This document shows positions 26,628 through 34,567 of a stretch of 34,567 nucleotides of DNA, one piece after another. Source of the stretch: a virus (Duplodnaviria > Caudoviricetes); the IMG/VR virus record IMGVR_UViG_3300005144_000046, positions 1-34,567 of that record; one strand, 5' to 3'. Every line of letters begins with the position of its first letter. Positions within the stretch are counted from its first letter, which is position 1. Made by a program: the position numbers and the translations under genes. Below the pieces are notes generated by a model, which was not told where the DNA came from, did no database searches, and worked only from the letters and a program-made list of their open reading frames with translations.

Positions 26628-27356
26628 TTAAAAAATCGAATCAACGGTTTCCTCGACGATTTCCGGCTCAATGATTTCCGGCCCCGGCTGTTTAATGGGT
26701 TGCTTCACCGGCTCTTGAATATCGATTGGGGCCGTTTCCCGGGGCGTATCAACGCCCATTTCCTCGGGGGTATACATTCCTTGGTATCTGTCCGGAAAGG
26801 CGTCCCGGAGTGCTTGCATGAGCGCCACCTTGCGGATCATGGTCGCCGGCATGCGTGTCCATTGTGCGTTCACGCTTCCATCTTTTTTCCGGCCGACATA
26901 TTCATCAAAAGAAACCGTGTGCTTGAACGGCTCCTTCCAGTTTGACTTGAACACCATTGCCCAGCCGCCAACCAGCGTTTCATTCGGAAGGGTCAGCGTG
27001 CCCTCTCTCTCGATCAGCTCGCCCTGTTTATTAAGGACAACAACCCCGGCTTTCCACCCTTGGCAGGTTTCAATTTTTTCGGCCCGCTTGGTAAAGACTT
27101 CCTTTCCGACAACTATCGACGCAGGCTGATCGCCGAACTTGATGAGGTATGCCTCCCGGAGAAACGGATTAAGCTTCTGATATCTGCAGAGGTTGAGGAA
27201 CATCACGATCTCCTGATCTGTGACATTGCCGCCGCCGCTGACGAGATAATTCTTAATGATTGTCGGGCTGAGCTTTACCTTTTCTCCGCCGCAGTCGTAT
27301 TCGATCGCCTTATTGTCGAATCCATCGACCTTGGCCAAACTATTCATGACCGCCAT
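26628..27356 (-). CDS. bet: Phage recombinase Bet (RecT/Redbeta family)
   Basis: LNPFLREAYLIKF, LVGGWA, W..MPATMIRKVA..QALRDAFP. Confidence 0.93.
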   Translation of the reverse strand: MAVMNSLAKVDGFDNKAIEYDCGGEKVKLSPTIIKNYLVSGGGNVTDQEIVMFLNLCRYQKLNPFLREAYLIKFGDQPASIVVGKEVFTKRAEKIETCQGWKAGVVVLNKQGELIEREGTLTLPNETLVGGWAMVFKSNWKEPFKHTVSFDEYVGRKKDGSVNAQWTRMPATMIRKVALMQALRDAFPDRYQGMYTPEEMGVDTPRETAPIDIQEPVKQPIKQPGPEIIEPEIVEETVDSIF

Positions 27357-28214
27357 TTATCCCACCACCTTTTCGTATTGGATGCCGTTCTGGTCGATAA
27401 AGGCCCGGAGCGCCCTGGCCTTCTCCATCGTGCAGGTGAACCGCAGGGCGAAGGTCTGTAAATGCGGCGCTGCTTGGACCTGGGCCTCTTGGATCGGCGC
27501 AACATGCTCCAACATTTCCTTGATCGACTCGGTTTTCGGCGCTTCGGCCTGTTTCGCTTCGGCGATTCGGCGCTTGTATTCGGCCGCGGCTTTTGCTTGC
27601 TCTTCCAGTCGCGCTTTCTCAGCGAGCGCTGCCGTCATGTCCAGGGTGCTCAGATATTTGTCCATCATGGCCTGTTCGTACTCGCCGCCGATGGTCGAGA
27701 TCATCTGAATGTCCTTCTTGGCCTTAAATACGGCCTCCTGAAGTTCTTTCTCGACGGCGCTGGGGGAAACGGTCGCGTTCAGCCATTTCTCGTTCCAGAA
27801 GCGCTCCAGCGTGACGAGGCCGCTAAAATCTCCGGCGATTTCCTCATACAACACTTCGATTTGCTCCCGCTTTTTCTGTTTCTCGGCCTGCTCGAACGCT
27901 TTGATCTGCGCATCGATGCCGCCGGATACTTCGGCAATGGCCCCGGTCAGCTGCTTGACTTTGGTCTCGAACGCTTCATAGGGCGCCATACATTGTTTTT
28001 TGATTTCAATCTTCCTTTTGTCGATGGCCTTTGCCAGCTTATTCAGCTTCGCCCGGTCCTCTTTTGCATCCTTGATGCCGTCCTCGCTGACGACAAGGCC
28101 CTTGTATTTCTCCAGGCTTACATCAAGCCAGGCGGACAGTTCGTCGAAATTGAAATCGATTGCCTTGAGGCCCTGCGCCTCGATATCTGTGGTGATAATC
28201 AGTTCTGCTCCCAT
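27357..28214 (-). CDS. DUF1351 family protein
   Basis: FNFDEL, AKEDRAKLNK, KWLNAT; coiled coil between yqaJ and bet. Confidence 0.85.
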   Translation of the reverse strand: MGAELIITTDIEAQGLKAIDFNFDELSAWLDVSLEKYKGLVVSEDGIKDAKEDRAKLNKLAKAIDKRKIEIKKQCMAPYEAFETKVKQLTGAIAEVSGGIDAQIKAFEQAEKQKKREQIEVLYEEIAGDFSGLVTLERFWNEKWLNATVSPSAVEKELQEAVFKAKKDIQMISTIGGEYEQAMMDKYLSTLDMTAALAEKARLEEQAKAAAEYKRRIAEAKQAEAPKTESIKEMLEHVAPIQEAQVQAAPHLQTFALRFTCTMEKARALRAFIDQNGIQYEKVVG

Positions 28215-28223
28215 TGCTCCTCC

Positions 28224-28850
28224 TTATATTTCCGGCAGCGCCTGTGGTGGCCGGGTGTTCGTTGTGACATAATGCCAAAACTCGATTTCTTTATTCAGCA
28301 GTGTTGCGAGGTCGAGCGTGACATCCTCCCGGTTTATCCAGTATTCTCGCTCTGTGATATTCAGCTCTCCGTTCTTGCGCCAGCGGATCCTTGCCTTGAG
28401 GACGGCGAAATCCCATCCGGTGGCTAAGAGTTGGTGGAGCAGCTGGCAATAGTACCCGGCCGGCACCCGGCCGTTCCATTCATCCCATTGCCCGGACCGG
28501 AGGATCTCCGTGGTTTTCCCCTCATAAATGCCCTCTTTGCCGTCCTTAAGAATGCGTCCGTCCAGTGTGGCGAAAAGCCAAGAGTAGTGCAAATTTTGCA
28601 CAACATCAAATTCCTTATAGGTAACTCGCAGTTCGGGATGGTCCAGTGCGAATAAATCCCGGACAAGCGGCTCCGCCTCGATGCCGTACTTTACAAAAGG
28701 CTTGTCAGAAATGTCAACTATACTTTTACGTCCGGTCTTTATCTGCCATAGGTCATAGTTGCTCATGTAAGGAGAGCATCCCATGATGGCGGCCGCTTCT
28801 GATGCGCCGATGCCATTCAGCCGGGCCTTGAGCCATTCCTCTCTGTTCAA
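28224..28850 (-). CDS. YqaJ-like viral recombinase exonuclease
   Basis: WLKARLNGIGASEA, ATLDG, EGKT, YYCQLLHQL. Confidence 0.92.
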   Translation of the reverse strand: MNREEWLKARLNGIGASEAAAIMGCSPYMSNYDLWQIKTGRKSIVDISDKPFVKYGIEAEPLVRDLFALDHPELRVTYKEFDVVQNLHYSWLFATLDGRILKDGKEGIYEGKTTEILRSGQWDEWNGRVPAGYYCQLLHQLLATGWDFAVLKARIRWRKNGELNITEREYWINREDVTLDLATLLNKEIEFWHYVTTNTRPPQALPEI

Positions 28851-29134
28851 TCCGTTCCCTCCGCACCGCAGCGCTCACATTTGTTGTTGAAAGTATCGGC
28901 CATCAGATCCAGCGCCTTCTGTAAACCGCGGACGGATTCTTTCTGTATGGCCAGCTCTGCGTTTAAGTCGGCGATCTGCCGGAGGTGGGTCTCGTTGCGC
29001 TTCTTCGCTTCGGTTAGATAGTGCGCCGTGTCGCTCTCCCTTTGTTCGAAGGCTTCCAGGTGTTCCCGAAGATCCTCGATCTCCATAACCTGCTTGACAA
29101 TGATGCGGTTGTATTGCTCGGCGCTGATGATCAT
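28847..29134 (-). CDS. Hypothetical coiled-coil protein
   Basis: Coupled ORF with heptad-like sequence. Confidence 0.7.
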   Translation of the reverse strand: MIISAEQYNRIIVKQVMEIEDLREHLEAFEQRESDTAHYLTEAKKRNETHLRQIADLNAELAIQKESVRGLQKALDLMADTFNNKCERCGAEGTD

Positions 29135-29415
29135 TTACAAACCGCCTCTTTCGTGCTATATTTGTGTTGAAATCTTTCTTCTGCCGTTCGGGTCTGCGCC
29201 AACAGTCCGACGGCTTTTTCTTTGCCCATATCGACGGATTCAACGGTTCGCCATTCGCGGTACCGGATCCCGTTCATAATCACATCGCCCTTGACCAATT
29301 CGTCCACCGGGCAGCGGCCGAAGCCCTCGACATCGAAAAACCGGTTATAATTGCACCGCAGCGTTGTTCCGTCTGTAAAATGGATCTGTACCGGCATCAA
29401 TTCAACCATTTTCAT
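29131..29415 (-). CDS. Hypothetical protein
   Basis: MKMVELMPVQIHF after GGAGGAGG SD. Confidence 0.65.
   Translation of the reverse strand: MKMVELMPVQIHFTDGTTLRCNYNRFFDVEGFGRCPVDELVKGDVIMNGIRYREWRTVESVDMGKEKAVGLLAQTRTAEERFQHKYSTKEAVCK
29134..29162 (+). promoter_or_regulatory. Sigma-A antisense promoter
   Basis: TTTACA-17 nt-TATATT with extended -10 TG. Confidence 0.75.
29169..29223 (+). ncRNA. Candidate ~55 nt antisense RNA
   Basis: Promoter upstream; hairpin with CGCCAA loop, then TTTTTCTTT. Confidence 0.65.
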
Positions 29416-29620
29416 CCTCCTCCACCTTTCTGTTGAAATAATCCAGCGCCTCGTCGATCGTTTTGAAATAGTGCCCCCAGTCCCAGTAACTGTTTCCCTC
29501 GATATGCCGTCCGGGAACGATGAATGGCTCAAAATTATTGTTTGTGCGGCAGATCAGCGCCCGGCCGCCCTTTCGCTTGAGCACCACGCAGGCGGCCCCG
29601 TTATTGACAAATGCCTCCAT
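29402..29620 (-). CDS. Hypothetical protein
   Basis: MEAFVNNG...WDWGHYF; AGGAGG SD. Confidence 0.75.
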   Translation of the reverse strand: MEAFVNNGAACVVLKRKGGRALICRTNNNFEPFIVPGRHIEGNSYWDWGHYFKTIDEALDYFNRKVEEDENG

Positions 29621-29649
29621 ATCCGCCCCTCCTTCGTATTTTTGTAACA

Positions 29650-29877
29650 TCACAACAAAATGTCGCTTGTCTTTATGTGTCGGCCTCCTTCCGCCGAGAT
29701 TCGCCATGTTACCGACGAGATCACTCTCCCGGCCTTTTTGCCGTACCGGATCAGCTCGCCAATTCGGATTTCTTCTGCTTCGACTGCCCCAACGCCATCG
29801 ACCAGATATTTCGCCGAGGGATGGCTGCGCAGCTCGTCGCAGTTATCCAGGCGGATCGTTGTGCCAGCGCCCATCAT
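29650..29877 (-). CDS. Hypothetical protein
   Basis: AAGGAGG SD; overlaps the upstream stop. Confidence 0.6.
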   Translation of the reverse strand: MMGAGTTIRLDNCDELRSHPSAKYLVDGVGAVEAEEIRIGELIRYGKKAGRVISSVTWRISAEGGRHIKTSDILL

Positions 29878-30056
29878 TCGCCCTCCTTGTTCAGCTCGTC
29901 AGCAAGGGCTTTCGCCTCATCCTTGCTTTGCATATAGGCGCCATAATATTCGCGGTTGCCGGAATGGTCGACTGCGCTTGTGTCGCGAATCCGAAACACT
30001 TGATACATGGTTGTGCCACCAATTGGATTTGATGTCACTTTCCAAGGACTTTTCAT
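29874..30056 (-). CDS. Hypothetical protein
   Basis: WKVTSN..YQVFR..VDHSGNREY; strong SD. Confidence 0.8.
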   Translation of the reverse strand: MKSPWKVTSNPIGGTTMYQVFRIRDTSAVDHSGNREYYGAYMQSKDEAKALADELNKEGE

Positions 30057-30069
30057 GTTGCCCCTCCTT

Positions 30070-30174
30070 TCACAGTGCGCCGAACATTATGATTGCCTCA
30101 TGCACCCCGGCCGCCAGGAACATGCCGTAGAAAAAAGCGAATGCGATCAATGCGCTGCTGATGATGATTTTCAT
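30070..30174 (-). CDS. Small membrane protein (34 aa, not in the ORF track)
   Basis: MKIIISSALIAFAFFYGMFLAAGVHEAIIMFGAL; AAAGGAGG SD. Confidence 0.7.
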   Translation of the reverse strand: MKIIISSALIAFAFFYGMFLAAGVHEAIIMFGAL

Positions 30175-30189
30175 GCGTCCTCCTTTTGG

Positions 30190-30218
30190 TTTACATTCAC
30201 TCGCCACCGCTCTATACT
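30190..30218 (+). promoter_or_regulatory. Sigma-A promoter for the opposite-strand gene
   Basis: TTTACA-17 nt-TATACT. Confidence 0.7.
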
Positions 30219-30260
30219 TGAATTGCTATATCAATCTGTATAGACGGGAGGTGATAATAC

Positions 30261-30659
30261 ATGGCCGAGAATTTCAATGGCCTTGCGCAGTCAATGCGCG
30301 ACATTTCGAGTGGCCTCTATAAAGCCGAGCGCATCATGGCCCAGCCATTCACGGACAACAGAAACGCCGAGTGGCAATTTAAGAAACTCGTTGAGCAAAT
30401 CAGGCGGTTTGAGAAGCTGGTCGACGAGGGTTCCGAGGTTATCATCGCCCTTGGCTCATTCGCCCAGGGTGTTACGATGGCGATAAGGAATGTCGGCTTC
30501 CAGGATCCGAGCTTGATTTACTTCTATGGGCTGGTCAACGGCCGCCCGGCGCAGCTGATCCAACACATAAACCAGATCAATTTCCTTTTGACATCCACGC
30601 CCAGGGATCCCATGACTGAGCGGCGCCCGATTGGGTTTGAGCCGCCAACTTCGACTTGA
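30261..30659 (+). CDS. DUF6173-like protein (opposite-strand moron)
   Basis: FE..L....EV...L.SF, LIYFYG..NG...QLIQHINQINFLL, RRPIGF; GGAGGTG SD. Confidence 0.82.
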   Translation: MAENFNGLAQSMRDISSGLYKAERIMAQPFTDNRNAEWQFKKLVEQIRRFEKLVDEGSEVIIALGSFAQGVTMAIRNVGFQDPSLIYFYGLVNGRPAQLIQHINQINFLLTSTPRDPMTERRPIGFEPPTST

Positions 30660-30810
30660 TTACCTCTGCGCTCCATGCAATAACCAGAAGTCTTTCAACC
30701 AGAGAAACCGTTTGGGCCGTTGCCGCGGCCGATGCGGTTTCTTCTTTTAATAGGCCCTCCGCCTTGACCAGGCACGCTTGTCCAAGATTCTGCCAATGAT
30801 CACTTGTCAT
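30577..30810 (-). CDS. Hypothetical protein
   Basis: MTSDHWQNL after an SD; 3' end overlaps the DUF6173-like gene convergently. Confidence 0.5.
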   Translation of the reverse strand: MTSDHWQNLGQACLVKAEGLLKEETASAAATAQTVSLVERLLVIAWSAEVIKSKLAAQTQSGAAQSWDPWAWMSKGN

Positions 30811-30876
30811 ATCCTCACCCTTTCTTGTTTGAATTTCTGCGCTGCTGTGCACATACTGAAACCAGATTTTGTTTAT

Positions 30877-31035
30877 TCACTTAATAAACAGGAAGTAGCC
30901 GATGTTATACCCAATCATCCCGCCAATCAGACACGCCCAGGAAATCTCCGGCCCGGCTATGATCCTTGACATTACCAAGTAGACCAAGCAATACACCGCC
31001 GAACGGGCCGCAATGTCGCCAATGATTCCCCTCAT
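30877..31035 (-). CDS. Small 2-TM membrane protein (52 aa, not in the ORF track)
   Basis: MRGIIGDIAARSAVYCLVYLVMSRIIAGPEISWACLIGGMIGYNIGYFLFIK; SD present. Confidence 0.65.
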   Translation of the reverse strand: MRGIIGDIAARSAVYCLVYLVMSRIIAGPEISWACLIGGMIGYNIGYFLFIK

Positions 31036-31139
31036 ATCCTCATCCTTTCTTTATTACCACCTTGGTCGACAAGATGAATTTTTCGATATCCTCGGACTGT
31101 GCGTTCTTTCGCACATCACTGTTGATATAGTTGTTTTAG

Positions 31140-31382
31140 TCATATACGGACCGTTTTCTTGGTCTCTTGCATTCGCCTTGGGAAGTAGTCTATGAGTGCC
31201 CCGCATGGCTCTCCGACCATATCTAGAATCAAATACGCTTCATCAACGGACCATGATCGCCGACCAGTCATGCGCTGCATTACGTAGGTGTTGGATCTTT
31301 TTAAACGTTCAGCAATTTCAATCTGAGTAATATCTTCCTCATATAGACGCGACTTTAGTTTTCGGAGATAGCTCGTTCCCAT
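31140..31382 (-). CDS. XRE-type HTH protein
   Basis: ITQIEIAERLKRSNTYV..RMTG..W..DEAY..YFP. Confidence 0.85.
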   Translation of the reverse strand: MGTSYLRKLKSRLYEEDITQIEIAERLKRSNTYVMQRMTGRRSWSVDEAYLILDMVGEPCGALIDYFPRRMQETKKTVRI

Positions 31383-31430
31383 CTATATCACCCAGCCCCT
31401 TTCAGTCTTTTGTTGCGTTTACGTAACTTT

Positions 31431-31628
31431 CTAGGCAAAAAAAACATCAGATAGGTCGTCAACTTCTAAAAACTCGCAGCATTTTTGGATTTCCGATCTG
31501 TAAAAATCGCTTGTGCCGTTCATTTTTCTGTATAGCGCCGACTTGCTGATGCCTAATGCCTTCGCAACATCTCCGACTGTTTTCCCTTTTAACGCAAGGA
31601 CTGCCCGGAATTTTTTCTCATCAAACAT
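31431..31628 (-). CDS. Cro-like repressor
   Basis: Short XRE HTH (VAKALGISKSALYRKMNG..F..SEI), divergent from cI. Confidence 0.9.
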   Translation of the reverse strand: MFDEKKFRAVLALKGKTVGDVAKALGISKSALYRKMNGTSDFYRSEIQKCCEFLEVDDLSDVFFA

Positions 31629-31661
31629 CGTTTCACCTCCTTGTTTCTTATACGCAACTTT

Positions 31662-31690
31662 ATGTTAGCCTTTGTATCCGGGATTGTCAA
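31662..31690 (-). promoter_or_regulatory. Early lytic promoter
   Basis: TTGACA-17 nt-TAACAT. Confidence 0.75.
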
Positions 31691-31729
31691 GACGTTTACG
31701 CAACTTTTTAGGCTTTTTTTAATTATTTG

Positions 31730-31757
31730 TTGCTTTTACGCTACGTTGTGTTATTAT
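31730..31757 (+). promoter_or_regulatory. Lysogenic (cI) promoter
   Basis: TTGCTT-16 nt-TATTAT with extended -10 TG. Confidence 0.6.
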
Positions 31758-31801
31758 TATTTTGGACACACATCAAAATAATAATAGAAGGGGGTGCCAC
31801 A

Positions 31802-32251
31802 ATGGAGCTTAAAGACTTGATCAGCACGCGCCGAAAAGAGTTGGGCTATACGCTCGAAGAAATTGCTCAAAAAGTTGGCGTCAGCAAAGCCACCGTACAG
31901 CGCTGGGAAAGCGGAGCCATTAAAAATCTTCGAAGAGATAAAATTGCAAAACTAGCAAAAGCCATGGAAGTTACCCCCGCATATCTCATGGGGTGGGAAG
32001 AGCCAAAACGCGAAACTTCTCCGGGTGACAACAGAAAGGCGATTAGGCATCCGAAGGTTAATAATGCAGAAATAAAGGATAAGGCATCCAGGTTAAAAGA
32101 TTCAATAATGGCCTCAATAAGCATGGCCTTCGACGGCAAGGTTGAGGACGAAGAAACGGCTGCGAAGATTCGCGCAATCCTGGAAGAAACATTTTATCAA
32201 GCTCAGGAAGAGGCAAAAGAAAAATATACCCCTAAAAAATATAAAAAGTAA
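31802..32251 (+). CDS. CI-like (ImmR-type) repressor
   Basis: XRE HTH TLEEIAQKVGVSKATVQRWESG; no S24 domain; C-terminal KYTPKKYK. Confidence 0.92.
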   Translation: MELKDLISTRRKELGYTLEEIAQKVGVSKATVQRWESGAIKNLRRDKIAKLAKAMEVTPAYLMGWEEPKRETSPGDNRKAIRHPKVNNAEIKDKASRLKDSIMASISMAFDGKVEDEETAAKIRAILEETFYQAQEEAKEKYTPKKYKK

Positions 32252-32264
32252 GAGGCGGCACAAT

Positions 32265-32723
32265 TTGAATATACGGCAACGGGTAATTGAGCTGTGCAAA
32301 CTTCATAAAACGAACAATCCATTTGATATTTGCGATCATAGCGGCATCAAAATAAAATTTTGTGATCTTGGATCTGTTCGCGGGGTTTACTTCTACGCCT
32401 TACGTAGCACTAATATATATATTAATTGCAGTCTTGGCGATACGGAAATAAAGGAAGTTTGCGCCCATGAGCTTGGGCATGCCATTCTACACCGAGGCGT
32501 TAACACGTGTTTTTTGGACACGCACACTTGTGTGGTCACGAGCAAATATGAAATTGAAGCAGATACTTTCGCCGCCGAACTGCTTCTTCCAGAACTTGTG
32601 GAATCTGAATATTCAGGTTATACATACGACGAACTTTCAAAAATATTTCAGGTAAGCGAACGTCTTATTAGATATAAAGTTAAACAAAAAGACAACCAAC
32701 AACAGAAAGGAGTGTTTTTATGA
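32265..32723 (+). CDS. ImmA/IrrE family metallopeptidase (anti-repressor)
   Basis: CAHELGHAILH, EIEADTFAAELL; TTG start after GAGG. Confidence 0.92.
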   Translation: MNIRQRVIELCKLHKTNNPFDICDHSGIKIKFCDLGSVRGVYFYALRSTNIYINCSLGDTEIKEVCAHELGHAILHRGVNTCFLDTHTCVVTSKYEIEADTFAAELLLPELVESEYSGYTYDELSKIFQVSERLIRYKVKQKDNQQQKGVFL

Positions 32724-33400
32724 GGGGCAAGACTTTTCTGGTTTATGTATTGGGGGGCTTCTTGATTTTTGTAGGGCTTATTTATTTGTTTGAAAGCTTT
32801 ATTACGGGAGTTGTTTTTATCGCCTGGGGAGCGCTGCTGATTTATAAGAAAAAGAAAAAGGCCACAGTTTCTCATCCTACGGCCACAAGCAAGGCGCCAA
32901 CGTCAATCAGCACAAGTGATAGTTTCCTAAAGAAAGACGCATCGCCCCAAAAGGCGGCCATCTCTTTTCACGTCGCCGGCGTTACCAAGAGCAACGATGC
33001 CGGGGCGAACATCCAAAATATCATAAAAGAAATCGTTGAGGGCAATGCATTTGAAGAGCCTTACGACGGACTTAGCGCCAAAGACATAAAAGAGCTTCTT
33101 GAAGGAACGGACGACAAGTTGTTTATGTATGATGCGGTCTACCTTAGTTCCGGATTGAGTCTTGTTCCGGAGCCGACAAACAAATACGATCCAAACGCAA
33201 TCAAAGTAATAAGTTCAGATTATGGTCACCTTGGATATGTTCCGAAAGACCTCACGGGGGCAGTATTAAAACATATTGGGGGAAAAATAGACGTCGAAGT
33301 TGTTGGTGGAAAATATAAATACTACGATGATGAGGAAGAAAAGGTTCGTTCTGACTCTTTCACATACGGATTAGTCGTCAACTTGACGCCAGAAAACTAA
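32720..33400 (+). CDS. Membrane-anchored HIRAN-domain protein
   Basis: Two N-terminal TM helices; FHVAGV, EPTNKYDPNAIKV, HLGYVPK. Confidence 0.82.
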   Translation: MRGKTFLVYVLGGFLIFVGLIYLFESFITGVVFIAWGALLIYKKKKKATVSHPTATSKAPTSISTSDSFLKKDASPQKAAISFHVAGVTKSNDAGANIQNIIKEIVEGNAFEEPYDGLSAKDIKELLEGTDDKLFMYDAVYLSSGLSLVPEPTNKYDPNAIKVISSDYGHLGYVPKDLTGAVLKHIGGKIDVEVVGGKYKYYDDEEEKVRSDSFTYGLVVNLTPEN

Positions 33401-33445
33401 ATATCCTTCCCTGCTTCAGTCTTAAAACAAAAGGAGGTGTTTTTT

Positions 33446-34567
33446 GTGGGGCTGAGAACCAACACAGCCGTTTGGCTGGATAAATATCAACGGTGGCAAG
33501 TAAACGTCCAAAGAGACGGAGAGCGTCGCTCCTTCTGCTCTTCAATCCAGGGCCGGGATGGGCAGCGCGAGGCCAATAAAAAAGCGGACGACTGGCTCGA
33601 CAGAGGGATAATGAACCCAAATATCCGCTGCGAGAAGATTTACGAAATGTTCCTGGAGGAACGCAAAAAGAAGGTTTTGAGTTGGCGGCAAGATGATAGT
33701 TATTGGCGGTGTTGGATTTCGCCGGTAATAGGTAAGAAAAAAGCCGGATCGCTGTGTGACGACCACATACAAACAATTATAGACAACGCATATACAGCAG
33801 GCCTTTCAAAAAAAACAATTATGGATATAAAGGCAGCTGCAGTCATGTTTGTGAAATATTGTCGCCGCAAACGCGTTACGGCCTATGTTCCTGATGAAGT
33901 TGCCATTCCCAAGAACGCCAGGATAGGCGAAAGAAAGATTTTGCAACCGGAAGATATGGTTAAACTGTTCGTCTCTGATAAAACATTATTTAAGGGCAAG
34001 GTTGTCACTGATCCGTTTGTTCATTCTTACCGGTTTATGGTTCTTACTGGCTGCCGCCCCGGGGAGCTCTATGGTCTTGAAAGAACCGATAGGAGCGGCG
34101 TATTGCTCCATATAAGGCGCTCTATCAATGAAAGCAATAAGGTTACCAAAGGGAAAAATGAGAACGCCATACGGACCTTCCAGCTAACCAAGAGTGCGAT
34201 TACCGAATGGGATGCCCAGAAGAAACTCACGCCGTTCAGCAGGAAGGCATTTTATGACGGAAAACCCAAAGCCATGCTGAGATATTGGAAAAGGTATTGC
34301 GACTACAACAGAATACCATACGTTACTTTGTATGAGCTTAGGCATACCTTTGTATCGGCAATCAAGGAGCTGCCAGAGGGATGGCTTAAGCAACTCATTG
34401 GGCATTCAAAGATCATGGACTCCTACGGCACCTATGGCCACGCCATGAAAGGCGAAAGAGCGCTGATGGCAAACCGCATTGACGCGATTTTTCAAGACAT
34501 TATCAATTCTGAACAAAGCCCTGTAGAAATAAGTGTGTTAAATAATGTGTTAAGCGGCAGTATTTAA
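33446..34567 (+). CDS. int: Tyrosine integrase
   Basis: TGCRPGE, GKNENA, YELRHTF, GHS, TYGH; GTG start after AAGGAGG. Confidence 0.95.
   Translation: MGLRTNTAVWLDKYQRWQVNVQRDGERRSFCSSIQGRDGQREANKKADDWLDRGIMNPNIRCEKIYEMFLEERKKKVLSWRQDDSYWRCWISPVIGKKKAGSLCDDHIQTIIDNAYTAGLSKKTIMDIKAAAVMFVKYCRRKRVTAYVPDEVAIPKNARIGERKILQPEDMVKLFVSDKTLFKGKVVTDPFVHSYRFMVLTGCRPGELYGLERTDRSGVLLHIRRSINESNKVTKGKNENAIRTFQLTKSAITEWDAQKKLTPFSRKAFYDGKPKAMLRYWKRYCDYNRIPYVTLYELRHTFVSAIKELPEGWLKQLIGHSKIMDSYGTYGHAMKGERALMANRIDAIFQDIINSEQSPVEISVLNNVLSGSI

Larger units (their letters stand above)
31412..31744. promoter_or_regulatory. Four operators, consensus GTTGCGTwwACGCAAC, at 31412, 31643, 31689 and 31729
   Basis: Imperfect 16 bp palindromes overlapping divergent promoters. 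Confidence 0.8.
1..34567. mobile_element. Temperate siphovirus (pro)phage, HK97-like head, Firmicutes host
   Basis: Canonical module order: lysis, tail, head, packaging, replication/recombination, immunity, integrase. Confidence 0.97.

Noticed and set aside
27462-28427. 321 aa plus-strand ORF
   Set aside because: Antisense shadow of DUF1351/yqaJ

Overview
The window is a near-complete temperate HK97-type siphovirus (pro)phage from a Firmicute, probably Clostridia, judged by AGGAGG SD sequences, sigma-A promoters and gene families. It runs from the endolysin stop codon to the integrase stop codon, so the att sites lie outside. On the minus strand, reading right to left, are cro, small early genes, YqaJ/DUF1351/Bet recombination, SSB, replication initiator, RusA, Lar, an ArpU/RinA late activator, nucleases and a phosphoesterase, then HNH-cos-terminase-portal-ClpP-capsid, head decoration, connectors, tail, a papain-like peptidase, holin and M23 lysin. 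The plus strand carries cI, ImmA/IrrE, a HIRAN membrane protein and a tyrosine integrase. The most unusual observations are: (1) a fibronectin-III-like domain apparently split between the Tal tail-tip protein and the next gene, a 7-repeat beta-propeller; (2) no Dit gene; (3) a decoration-type domain inserted in the gp6 connector; (4) unannotated RNA elements, namely a CopA-like antisense RNA with its own promoter and terminator, a 3-way-junction leader and an anti-SD hairpin; and (5) a -1 frameshift in the tail chaperone. All family calls come from motif recognition by eye; no searches were run.
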